Assembly (NCBI GenBank): GCA_002245135.1
Contig: NGBS01001174.1
Coordinates: 62,001 to 126,000, forward strand
Length of the DNA: 64,000 bases
Direction: 5' to 3'
Source: Proteromonas lacertae
Taxonomy: Eukaryota
Under the pieces are notes generated by a model. That model was not told where the DNA came from and searched no databases. It worked only from the letters and a program-made list of their open reading frames with translations. A program made the translations under genes and the position numbers. Below are positions 12,673 to 23,652 of this stretch, piece after piece (position 1 is the first letter of the stretch; the number at the start of each line of letters is the position of its first letter).

Positions 12673-13990
12673 TTATTGTGACTGATAAATATCAACATAA
12701 TGATTTAATGCTTGTGTTAATGACTTTATTTGTGAATCATTCTCGTATTCTTTTGCCTATTCATATAAATATCAAATATTATAAAATCATACTTCATTTA
12801 GTAATTCTAATACATCACTTATTTTTAAATCATTATTACTATTATTATTTTTAATCTCATTATTTGTATTTTCTACTTTACTTGAAGAAGGAGATATTGG
12901 TTGTTGTTTTATATTATTAACACCATCAGATGTTTCTTCTTCTGACGTTGGAGGTTGAGGTGTATTTATAATTGATTGAATTGGATTTGTAATTATTGAT
13001 AATTTACTATCATCTTGTTTTGTTGATTCATCTTTTATTTCAACAGACTTTTTATCATTATCTTCCTCAATATCTTCTTTCCCTTTTACCAGATTTAAAT
13101 CAGATAAATCTGAAGTAAAAGAACTTGTTGACATTCTAACAGAAGATAAAGGAGAAACATAATAATAATTACTTCTATTCCTCATCTTTTCACTTTCATT
13201 TATACTCTCACCATCACTATAATCACTCATTTCACTAATTTCATTACTACTATCTAATATTGTTGAAGATAGTAATGATAAACCTTCAATTCTATCACTA
13301 TTTCTAGTTGTATCATTAAAACTATCTTTGTTTGGTGATTTTAATTTTTGATCGTTATTTTGTAATTGTTCTAAGAATTTTTGTGCTCTTTCTTGTACAT
13401 CGTTAGCTATTTGGTTTAAATTAATTTCATTTATATCCACTGAGTTATCTAATTGTTTATCATAATTATTCATAGTCTCAAGATCTTCTATTGGTATTTC
13501 ATTCCTTATTGATTCTGGTATTTCTGGAATTGTTTTTTCTATTCTATCAACTGTTTTCATTTCTGATAATTGTGTAGGAGGAGATGATGTAGGTGGTAGA
13601 GGTTCAGATGGTGAAAATGGCTGATACTTTATCTGATTATTTGATTTATCATTACTAAGAATATCATTATCATTTTTCATTTGTTCATAAATAGTCATTA
13701 GCTTTTTATCAAATGAATGGAGAAAGGATGTATCATCTACTTCTTCTTCATCTGGTAAAGAAGAAAGTGGAGGAGGAGGAGGTGGTGGTGGTGGTATAAG
13801 ATTTTCATTTTCTATTTCATTATTTTCTATATTTTTAGTATTATCATCATCAGATATCTTTAAATCGTCTATTTTTGGTAAATCGTCATTTACATCTTCC
13901 TCTACTTTAATAGCTCTAAATTTCTTGATTCTCTATAGAATAAAAAAGTAGAAATAATACATCAGCAATTGAATGTCCTGTGAAATTCAT
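12673..13990 (-). CDS. Low-complexity Pro/Ser/Asp-rich protein of unknown function (poly-Pro tract), 2 introns
   Basis: ATG 13990 MNFTGHSIAD^RIKKFR, PPPPPPPP near 13770-13795, joins ORF 12787..13698, last exon ends TAA 12673-12675. Confidence 0.6.
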
Positions 13991-14088
13991 TTTTAAAAAA
14001 TAAATGCTTGATAAAGCTTGGTATTAAATTTAAAAAAAAGTAGTAAAAATCTTTTTAAAAATATATAATATAAACAATAAAAATAAAT

Positions 14089-15604
14089 CTATGCTTTCTC
14101 TACATAATTACCAGGAAATAGACCTGATTCGCCTTTTGCATTTGTTCCTTCCCACCAGCCTGATTCATCTTTATTTGTAACAGTTACTATAGTAGACATA
14201 TAAATATTTATAAATATACTTAGTTCTCCTTCTTTCAAAGAAAGTTCATCATCTCCTGCAGCTTCATAATCAAATATGACTTTATATTGATTAGCTTTAG
14301 CACCACTACCACCAGCAGCAACTAAATTACCTCTAAACGCAACATTATCATAAGAATCATCTCTAAATTGTGCAGCAGCTCCATAACCACCAGCTGCAGC
14401 ACCACCAACAGTAGCAGCACCAACACCCATAGTTGCTGCATTACCATAACTGCCAGTTCTACCTTGAGCACCACCTACAGTAGCTCCACCAGCAGTTGCA
14501 TAATATTGTGTTGAATATCCAGTTCCTCCCATTGAAGCTCCCATCGTTCTACCTCCAGGCATTGAACCGCCACTCATATAACCACCACTACCACCTGTAC
14601 TACCCATTGAATTACCATATCCACCACCCATTGAATTACCATATCACCACCATTGAATTACCATATCCACCACCACCCATAGTACCATCTGCGAAACTAG
14701 GACCTCTTGATCTGATTTCTGGTACTACGAATTCTTCTCTGTATCCTGGTTCTACAATTTGGAAGTCTTGGAATAGTTGACTACCGTTTTCGAAAAATTC
14801 TTTTTGAATACTTCTCATCTATTGATATAAAATATTTAATTAAAAGAAAATAATTTATACATGTGCAAATTCTGCTTTTAATAATCTATCTCTATTTTGA
14901 TTGTAGAATTCTAATTGTTCTTTACATATATCGTTCATTCGTTGTAATTTCATATTTGCATCATTCAATTTTTCTTCATTCTATTACGAAAATAGAAAAA
15001 TTAAAAAAATACTCTCATTAATTTAACAGGATCTGAAGTTCCTTTTGATCGAATATCATCTACTTTCTGTTTATAATGTTCATAATCTAATCTTAATTTA
15101 TATCTATCTTCTAATGTTTTCTTCAAATTTGACATTTCCATGAATTTTTGATCTAATGGAGTTAATACATCTTGTAAAAATCTGTCACTCTATATAATAT
15201 AGTATAGTTAAAAATAAACATACACAATCATGACATAAAGATTCATTAAACTCAGTCATTTTGTTCATATAAGCTTCAGTTTGTATTCTGTTTTCTGGAT
15301 CTTCATCTTCTTTTTCAAAATTCATTAAAGGCATTGATACTGAAGAAAAAGAAACTCCAAGTGCTAAATACTAGAAATTAGACTCAATACTTAAAATTGA
15401 TGCTGAAATTGATTTCATATATTTTATCTATATTATATACACCTATATCCATACAATTTCTTTTAGTTGGGCGTACATTTCCTTAAAATGCTGTATGGGA
15501 ATATCAAATCTACAAAATGAATATATGGGTGGATACTCTGGATCGGATCCAGTTTGAACATTCAAAGTTTTATGTTTAATAGCACATTGGATTTTAGCAA
15601 TCAT
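14089..15604 (-). CDS. BAR domain - Gly/Ala/Met-rich linker - SH3 protein (amphiphysin/Rvs167/endophilin-like)
   Basis: Spliced N-terminal helical region with LRLDYEHYKQKV and ^NEEKLNDANMKLQ (BAR-like); GGGYGNSM repeats; C-terminal SH3 (VIFDYEAAGDDELSLKEG..SGWWEG..GLFPGNYVE). Start at 15604 is a best guess. There is a frame break in the repeat at about 14640. Confidence 0.8.
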
Positions 15605-15988
15605 CGAATCGATTTTATATCTTTCTTTTTGTTTCTTGTTATTTTCACTTGTGTTTTTTGTATAAATAAATAGATAACATTGTCTGAACATAGCATAATC
15701 GCATATTGACTGATTCTTATTTTTATTTTATATGTATAAAGAAAATATGACAGATATTAATCATCTTTTCTCTTGAATATCGAGAATAAAATATAGAATA
15801 CTCTCTACTCGAATAGCATTTAACAATCAGCTACGTTTAGATTCGAAGAAGAACAAAGAACAAATTTAAATATCAATTATGGATGAAATAAATTAATATT
15901 CTATTACAATATAACTAAAAGCTATTAGTGAAATAGTCATAAACACACTTATTATCTTAGTTATGGAATTATAAAAAACCTCCAAAAA

Positions 15989-15999
15989 TCGCGCCAAAA
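15989..15999 (-). promoter_or_regulatory. Candidate E2F/DP binding site (TTTTGGCGCGA) 15 bp upstream of the RecQ ATG
   Basis: + strand TCGCGCCAAAA matches the TTTSSCGC consensus. It is GC-rich in a very AT-rich background and lies in front of a DNA-repair helicase gene. Confidence 0.55.
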
Positions 16000-16014
16000 C
16001 TATTTTTAAAGAAA

Positions 16015-18353
16015 ATGGCTGAAATATTAACTCCAAATTCTATAGAAGTACTCAGAAAGACTGCACCTATAGAAGGACAGTCTATGAAGGTAGTTGTTCA
16101 GGTATAGAATTCTTTTAATCATATTATAGATAATAAAGATAGGTGAAATAGCGGAAGAATCGAATAATCAAACTAAATACAGGTATAGATATTAATGTTG
16201 TAATTTTAATTAGATTTACTCTATCAGATGGTAATACTTACTCTTCTGCATTTATTGTCGCTTCTTGTAATAATGAAATGATAGAAAAACAAATAATACA
16301 GGAGCAATGTTTAATAGAAATCGAGGATTGGCAACCAGTCAGGAATTGCAAATTCACTATTGTAAAGAGATTTTCATTATTTGGTACACTCACTACAACA
16401 GTAGGTAATCCTCAACCATACCAAATTGCTACTATCAATTCTCAAAATAACACATCCCCTTCATTGTCAACTCAACCTACCAATCAGAATCCAACAACTC
16501 CAGTGAAATTTAGTACTCCAACTACTACTGCAGCTAATTCAAACCGTTCGACACCTTCAACATCATCCTCTGGTAAAAGTAAATTTAGATCCTCTTTAAT
16601 TAAACCATTAACATTGAAGCCAGTAACAACATCATCAAAATCATCTAGTTTTTTTATAAATTCGATGCAGCCTAAACAGACAATTATCAATTTCAATAAT
16701 AAATCAACAAAAACAACAAATGATGTTAATCTTTTCAATAATACTACTAACAATGATGATGATATAATAGAATTAACATCTCCATCTCAATCACCAATTA
16801 TTACACCACTAATTATATCACCACCTTCTCCACCACTTCAAACATCATTATCACCATTACATACTCAAACCTTACCTCAAACATCTCCACCAACAACACA
16901 ATTTAAATCATATAGAGAAATATTAGAAGAATCAAAACAATTATCATCATCATCATCAAATAAAACAAGTGATAATAAAAAAAGAAAAATAGATGAAGTA
17001 TCAAATATAGAATTACCTTCTCCAAAACGATTAGATTTCAATAATGATGATAGTAATGGATATGATAAATGTACAGATATAACCTATTTAAAAACCCTCG
17101 CTCCAATTTACTTTGCATTGCATTATGTCTTTCATATTACTAGTTTCAGAGGAAATCAAGAGAATATAGTAAAAGAATCTTTAAATAATAAAGATATATT
17201 CGTATTAATGCCTACAGGTGGTGGTAAATCATTATGTTATCAATTACCATCATTATTATACGATGGATTAACAGTTGTTATTTCACCATTATTGTCACTA
17301 TTACAAGATCAAATATTTCAATTATTATCTTACAACATTCCAGTGTTATACTTAGGCAGTGGACAATCTAAGAATGAAGTAATCTCTATAATGAGAGAAA
17401 TATCAAATCCAAATACGAGTTGTAAACTATTATATCTAACTCCAGAAAAAATTAATAAAAGTCCAGCAATTCAAGATATATTATTAAAGCTATATAATAA
17501 TCACAAGTTAATTAGGTTTGTTATAGATGAAGCTCATTGTGTAAGTCAATGGGGACATGATTTTAGACCAGCCTATAAGAAGTTATATATATTAAGGCAA
17601 AAGTATAAAACTGTTCCAATAATGGCATTGACTGCTACAGCTACTAAACAAGTATATGATGATAGTTTGAAAATATTAAGAATGCATAATCCTTTGAAAT
17701 TTCAAGAAAGTTTTAATAGAGCTAATTTGAAGTATTATGTGAAAATTAAAGATAACAATAATCAGAAGACATTGAAAGAAATAATAGATTATGTAAAGGA
17801 TAGAATAAATGATACTGGAATAATCTATGTATTAAGTCATGATGAAGCTGAAAGTGTGTGTAACGAATTACAAAATAAAAATATAAAATGTGAATACTAT
17901 CATGCAGCAATGACATCTAATCAAAGATATACAGTGCAAAAGAAATGGCATGATGGAATAATCAAAGTAGTTTGTGCAACTATTGCATATGGAATGGGTA
18001 TAGATCATAGTCACGTTAGATATGTTATACATTATACCTTAGCCAAATCAATAGAAGGTTATTATCAAGAGAGTGGTAGAGCAGGAAGAGATGGTAATGA
18101 TGCTGATTGCATATTGTATTATAATCGAAAAGATGTTGGTAGATTAAAGAGAATGATAAAAATGGGACCTAAGAAGTTTAAAAGTGAGAAAAGGATTCAA
18201 CATAATGAAGAGTTGTTGGAGAAAATGGTGGAATATTGTGAAGATGATATTAATTGTAGAAGGAAGATATTGTTGAAGTATTTTGGGGAAGATTTTGATG
18301 AGAAGAAATGTCATGGTGGTTGTGATAATTGTAGGAGAAATGGTAAGAAATAG
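16015..18353 (+). CDS. RecQ (BLM/Sgs1-like) helicase with N-terminal RPA70N-like OB fold; about 759 aa; introns 16102-16129 and 16183-16213
   Basis: Helicase motifs FRGNQ, MPTGGGKSLCYQLP, DEAHCVSQWGHDFRP, ALTATAT, ATIAYGMGID, YYQESGRAGRDG; Zn-binding CRR..YFGE..C..GCDNC; no winged-helix or HRDC domain. Spliced N-terminus resembles RPA1 residues 1-120. Confidence 0.92.
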
Positions 18354-18857
18354 TTTTGAATAATTTAAATGTATTTGTATTGAATTAAAGTGATGTTTGT
18401 TAATAACTGAAGGGATTTAATAGATAAGCTTCTAATTACTAACTATAGGTAATATACGTATGTTCAATACATCTATAAAACTGATTAAAATACTATATAA
18501 TACTTACCAATTTTATAGAAATAAATGCATGTTACTTTGTTTCATAGTTTTCTGTATATAAATATTATTTATAATCTAGAAAATCAGCATTTTAGTAATT
18601 TTTGGTATTTTGATCAAACCACTTAAATCTTCATAATAATTTCATAAATTAAACACAAACATTACATAAAATAATGTTTTTATAGTTTCTGAGTACTTTG
18701 ACAATTTTGTTTACTTATAGTGTTCCCACCTAATACTGTATTATAAACTACTTTACAATTACAGATAAACAATCTAATAACATAAAAACAAAATAAATTA
18801 ACATTTTACTACCGTTAATTATTGTTGAAACAAATTATAAATCGAAAATTGTCAAAC

Positions 18858-20207
18858 ATGAAAACTCTTATTTATGCTTGTTTCTTATCATTTTGTGTGT
18901 GTAACTTAGGTTCAAATTTACGCAATCGCTATAAGAATGGTTATCATGACAGTGATAACTGGGATTGGAGAGATCATAATCCAATATCACCAGTTGATAA
19001 TGAATTGAATACTAATTGCTCTAGCTCATATATATTTGCTGCACTTGGTGCAATAGAAGGAGTGAGAACAATAAAAGGTGACAATTTGAAAAAGATTAGT
19101 TCACAAGAATATATTGATTGTTCAGGAAGTAATACATGTAAACTTGGATCTATAATAGATGTTTTAAATTATTATTCAGATAGAGAAGTATGTGAAGATA
19201 GTAAATATTCTTATAGTGGAGTAAAAGAGGAATGTCAAAATAGCAAGTGTAATAGTAATATAAAAATAAAGCAATTATCATATAAAAAGCTTAGAGGTGA
19301 ATTTATGATAAAAACTATGCATATTGTTCCAGTTCCAACTAAAATATATATTGACAGTCTTAGAAATTATACAGGAGGTATTTATCAAGATTATGATGCT
19401 TGTAATCATGAACCAAATCATTGGGTTCTTGTAGTTGGCTATGGTATTGAAGGAGGCGTTGAATATTGGGTAATAAAGAATGATTTTGGTGAAGAATGGG
19501 GTGAAAAAGGATATTTAAGATTAGAAAGAGGAAAAGGAATGTGTGGAATAGGTACAGAGAGCTATGCAGTCTATTAGTATAATAATATTATTGTTTTATA
19601 CTTTTTCTATAGTTCAGAATGGAAGACTTGGATTATAGTCATCGCTGTAGTTGCAGTTGCTCTAGTTCTGATTTGTTGTATATGTTGTTGTTGCTGTTGT
19701 TGTGCAGCTGCAACTGGATCTACTGCTGCAATGACTCATTGCTGTTGTTTTTGCTGCTATAGTGGAAAAGAAAGCTGTATTCATCCAGAAAGGATTGAAG
19801 TAAAAAGAAGCAAACAATATAGTTATAATAATCCATTATATGATGAAACAGGAGTAGATGCTGAAGTTGTTAAACCAGTACAAGGACAAAAAGTAATTAC
19901 ACAACCTGTAGAAGCACAATATATACCTCAACCAGTTCAACAACAGTATTATCAACCACAACCTGTTGAGCAACAATATTATCAACAGCCACTTCAACCT
20001 CAACAATATAATCAACCAATTCAACCAAATCATATAAATGTTCAACAGCAATATATACAACAACCAAGTCCAACAAACAACTATACTCCAGCTTTACAGT
20101 ATGATAAACTGAATAACTCAAATCCTCATAATGAAGAATTCTACAGTCAACACTCAGAAGATAAAGAACCAATTCTTCTACCTGGATCTAATCCTTATAA
20201 AAAGTAA
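18858..20207 (+). CDS. Papain-fold (C1A) pseudoprotease type-I membrane protein, copy 1 (437 aa spliced; intron 19577-19612)
   Basis: Signal peptide; WDWRD; NCSSSYIF in place of CGSCWAF; NHWV; IKNDFG. After splicing: TM helix WIIVIAVVAVALVLI, Cys clusters, YNNPLY, Gln/Pro-rich tail. Confidence 0.85.
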
Positions 20208-20548
20208 AATGTTTATATAAATAGTATTTTATAGTATAAATTAAAATGTTTAATATGGAATTTAACACATAATAACAATTATCTATTCTTCAACTACTAT
20301 TTTTATAATTCTTATAAAATATATTCAGCATTCTTTTCACATTTATACATTCTACAACTTTCATCACCTCAATTAATAATGACTATAGATTTCTTTTCAT
20401 TTTGCAAATATATAGTGTATATGATAAAATTCACAATTTGATCAACGTACCGAATTATTCATTTTTGCAACTAATATAACATTATTTAATTCTTATATAA
20501 ACAAAATAATCAAGAAAATAATAATAATAACAAATTATCCGTTTCATA

Positions 20549-21805
20549 TTATTTTTTATGTGGATTAGATCCAGGAAGAAGAATTGGTTCTTTATCTTGT
20601 GATGTTTGAGTGTAAGATTCTTCATTATGAGGATTTGGGTTATTCAGTTTATCATATTGTAAAGCTGGAGTATAATTATTTGTTGGACTTGGTTGTTGTA
20701 TATATTGTTGCTCAACAGGTTGTGGATATTGTTGTAAAGATTGTTGAATATATGGCTGTTGAAATACTGGCTGAGTGATTACTTTTTGTCCTTGTACTGG
20801 TTGAACAACTTCAGCATCTACTCTTGTTTCATCATATAATGGATTATTATAATTATATTGTTTGCTTCTTTTTACTTCTTTCTTTTCTGGATGAATACAG
20901 CTTTCTTTTCCACTATAACAACAACAACAACAACAATGAGTTATGAAAGCAGCTGATCCTACATAACAGCAGCAACAACAACAAATGAAAATGATTAAAA
21001 CAAGAGAGAGTGATACTGCAAGTGCTACAATAATCCAAGTCTTCCATTCTGAACTATAGAAAAAGTATAAAACAATAATATTATTATACTAATAGACTGC
21101 ATAGCTCTCTGTACCTATTCCACACATTCCTTTTCCTCTTTCTAATCTTAAATATCCTTTTTCACCCCATTCTTCACCAAAATCATTCTTTATTACCCAA
21201 TATTTCACTCCATTTTCAATACCATAAGCAACTACAAGAACCCAATGATTTGGTTCATGATTACAAGCATCATAATCTTGATAAATACCTCCTGTATAAT
21301 TTCTAAGACTGTCAATATATATTTTAGTTGGAACTGGAAGATGAGCTACTTTTATCTCTTCTTCATCTTTAAGTGTTTTGTATGATAGTTTCTTTATTTT
21401 TATATTACTATTACACCTGCTATTTTGACATTCATCTATTGTTCCAGTGTATTGATAATTACTGTCTTGACATACTTCTCTATCTGAATAATAATTTAAA
21501 ACATCTGTAATAGATCCAAGTTTACATGTATCACTTCCTGAACAATCAATATATTCTTGTGAACTGATCTTTCTTAAAGAATGAGTATGTAATGTTCTAG
21601 CACCTTCTATTGCACCAAGTGCAGCAAATATATATGAACTAGAGCAATTAGTATTCAATTCATTATCAAAAGATGAGATTGGGTAATCATCTCTCCAATC
21701 CCACTTTTCATCATTATCATCATCTTCACTATAACCATCACGTAAATTTGAGTGAAATTTACCCACACAAAAGAGAAGCAAATAAGCAAAAATGAGAGTT
21801 TTCAT
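20549..21805 (-). CDS. Papain-fold pseudoprotease type-I membrane protein, copy 2 (406 aa spliced; intron 21089-21054)
   Basis: Same architecture as copy 1. Exon 2 reads SEWKTWIIVALAVSLSLVLIIFICCCCCCY...YNNPLYDE...DKEPILLPGSNPHKK* (stop 20549-20551). Confidence 0.85.
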
Positions 21806-23521
21806 GTTTAACAAATTGTATTCTTAAAAGTGTTTAAACATTAATAAACGGAAGTATTACTTATGCATTTTTGTTTAAATATTATTAAAAACATTTAATT
21901 GTCAATTTTAAAGTAATATGTAGTGTATATATACACATGAGTGACTGACTAACTAAAATTGTCAAATTTATTAATTCCTTAAATAACTATCTACTACATC
22001 GTATTCATGATTATTTTATCTTCTTATGATTTTCATAAATGAATTAAGTTATTCTATTAGAAAATATATAAATTCAATATTTCTTCTATTTAATTGACAA
22101 TTGGCAAATATAAAGCAATTATTTTAAGTTATCAACCGTCTAATTATATTCATTATTTTTTCTTTACATCTTTACATAGATTTACTCTAGTTATATAGCT
22201 ATATCGAATCAAAGTTAACTGTTGGAAGAACAAATTCGCACAATTCTTATACTTGATGGCAAAATCCATATAATACTATTTCTTTATCAGCCAACTGTCA
22301 ATTAAATAGAAGAAATATTGAATTTATATATTTTCTAATAGAATAACTTAATTCATTTATGAAAATCATAAGAAGATAAAATAATCATGAATACGATGTA
22401 GTAGATAGTTATTTAAGGAATTAATAAATTTGACAATTTTAGTTAGTCAGTCACTCATGTGTATATATACACTACATATTACTTTAAAATTGACAATTAA
22501 ATGTTTTTAATAATATTTAAACAAAAATGCATAAGTAATACTTCCGTTTATTAATGTTTAAACACTTTTAAGAATACAATTTGTTAAACATGAAAACTCT
22601 CATTTTTGCTTATTTGCTTCTCTTTTGTGTGGGTAAATTTCACTCAAATTTACGTGATGGTTATAGTGAAGATGATGATAATGATGAAAAGTGGGATTGG
22701 AGAGATGATTACCCAATCTCATCTTTTGATAATGAATTGAATACTAATTGCTCTAGTTCATATATATTTGCTGCACTTGGTGCAATAGAAGGTGCTAGAA
22801 CATTACATACTCATTCTTTAAGAAAGATCAGTTCACAAGAATATATTGATTGTTCAGGAAGTGATACATGTAAACTTGGATCTATTACAGATGTTTTAAA
22901 TTATTATTCAGATAGAGAAGTATGTCAAGACAGTAATTATCAATACACTGGAACAATAGATGAATGTCAAAATAGCAGGTGTAATAGTAATATAAAAATA
23001 AAGAAACTATCATACAAAACACTTAAAGATGAAGAAGAGATAAAAGTAGCTCATCTTCCAGTTCCAACTAAAATATATATTGACAGTCTTAGAAATTATA
23101 CAGGAGGTATTTATCAAGATTATGATGCTTGTAATCATGAACCAAATCATTGGGTTCTTGTAGTTGCTTATGGTATTGAAAATGGAGTGAAATATTGGGT
23201 AATAAAGAATGATTTTGGTGAAGAATGGGGTGAAAAAGGATATTTAAGATTAGAAAGAGGAAAAGGAATGTGTGGAATAGGTACAGAGAGCTATGCAGTC
23301 TATTAGTATAATAATATTATTGTTTTATACTTTTTCTATAGTTCAGAATGGAAGACTTGGATTATTGTAGCACTTGCAGTATCACTCTCTCTTGTTTTAA
23401 TCATTTTCATTTGTTGTTGTTGCTGCTGTTATGTAGGATCAGCTGCTTTCATAACTCATTGTTGTTGTTGTTGTTGTTATAGTGGAAAAGAAAGCTGTAT
23501 TCATCCAGAAAAGAAAGAAGT
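20874..23521. repeat. Inverted repeat (palindrome): arms 20874-22099 and 22296-23521 (1,226 bp each), 196-bp spacer
   Basis: Paired coordinates sum to 44395 (21814+22581; 22099+22296; 20874+23521). The translated ORFs are identical, and non-coding arm sequence matches wherever I compared it. Confidence 0.9.
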
Positions 23522-23558
23522 TGTTCTTATTCCTTCATCTCTACCATATAAATCATAA
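22590..23558 (+). CDS. Papain-fold pseudoprotease type-I membrane protein, copy 3, short cytoplasmic tail (310 aa spliced; intron 23306-23341)
   Basis: Identical to copy 2 through ...CIHPEKKEV, then ends VLIPSSLPYKS* (TAA 23556-23558). Confidence 0.85.
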
Positions 23559-23652
23559 TATATTTATATATATTGTTGAATTAATATTTAAAAATAAAAT
23601 AATCACATAAAAATAATAATTAAAGATTAAAAAAACATTAAAAATGAATAAA

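Noticed and set aside
867..18353. Functional cluster of genome-maintenance genes (glycosylase, TERT, RecQ)
   Set aside because: Interspersed with unrelated genes, and no shared regulatory signal seen. Proximity is plausible by chance in a compact genome.
19836..20778. Antisense ORFs over the pseudoprotease tails, and other 60-125 aa shadow ORFs (e.g. 4338, 5695, 16484, 27284, 62729)
   Set aside because: They lie opposite or out of frame with well-supported genes and have no recognisable motifs.
22100..22295. Palindrome spacer as a transposon or ncRNA
   Set aside because: No ORF, transposase, target-site duplication or recognisable RNA motif.
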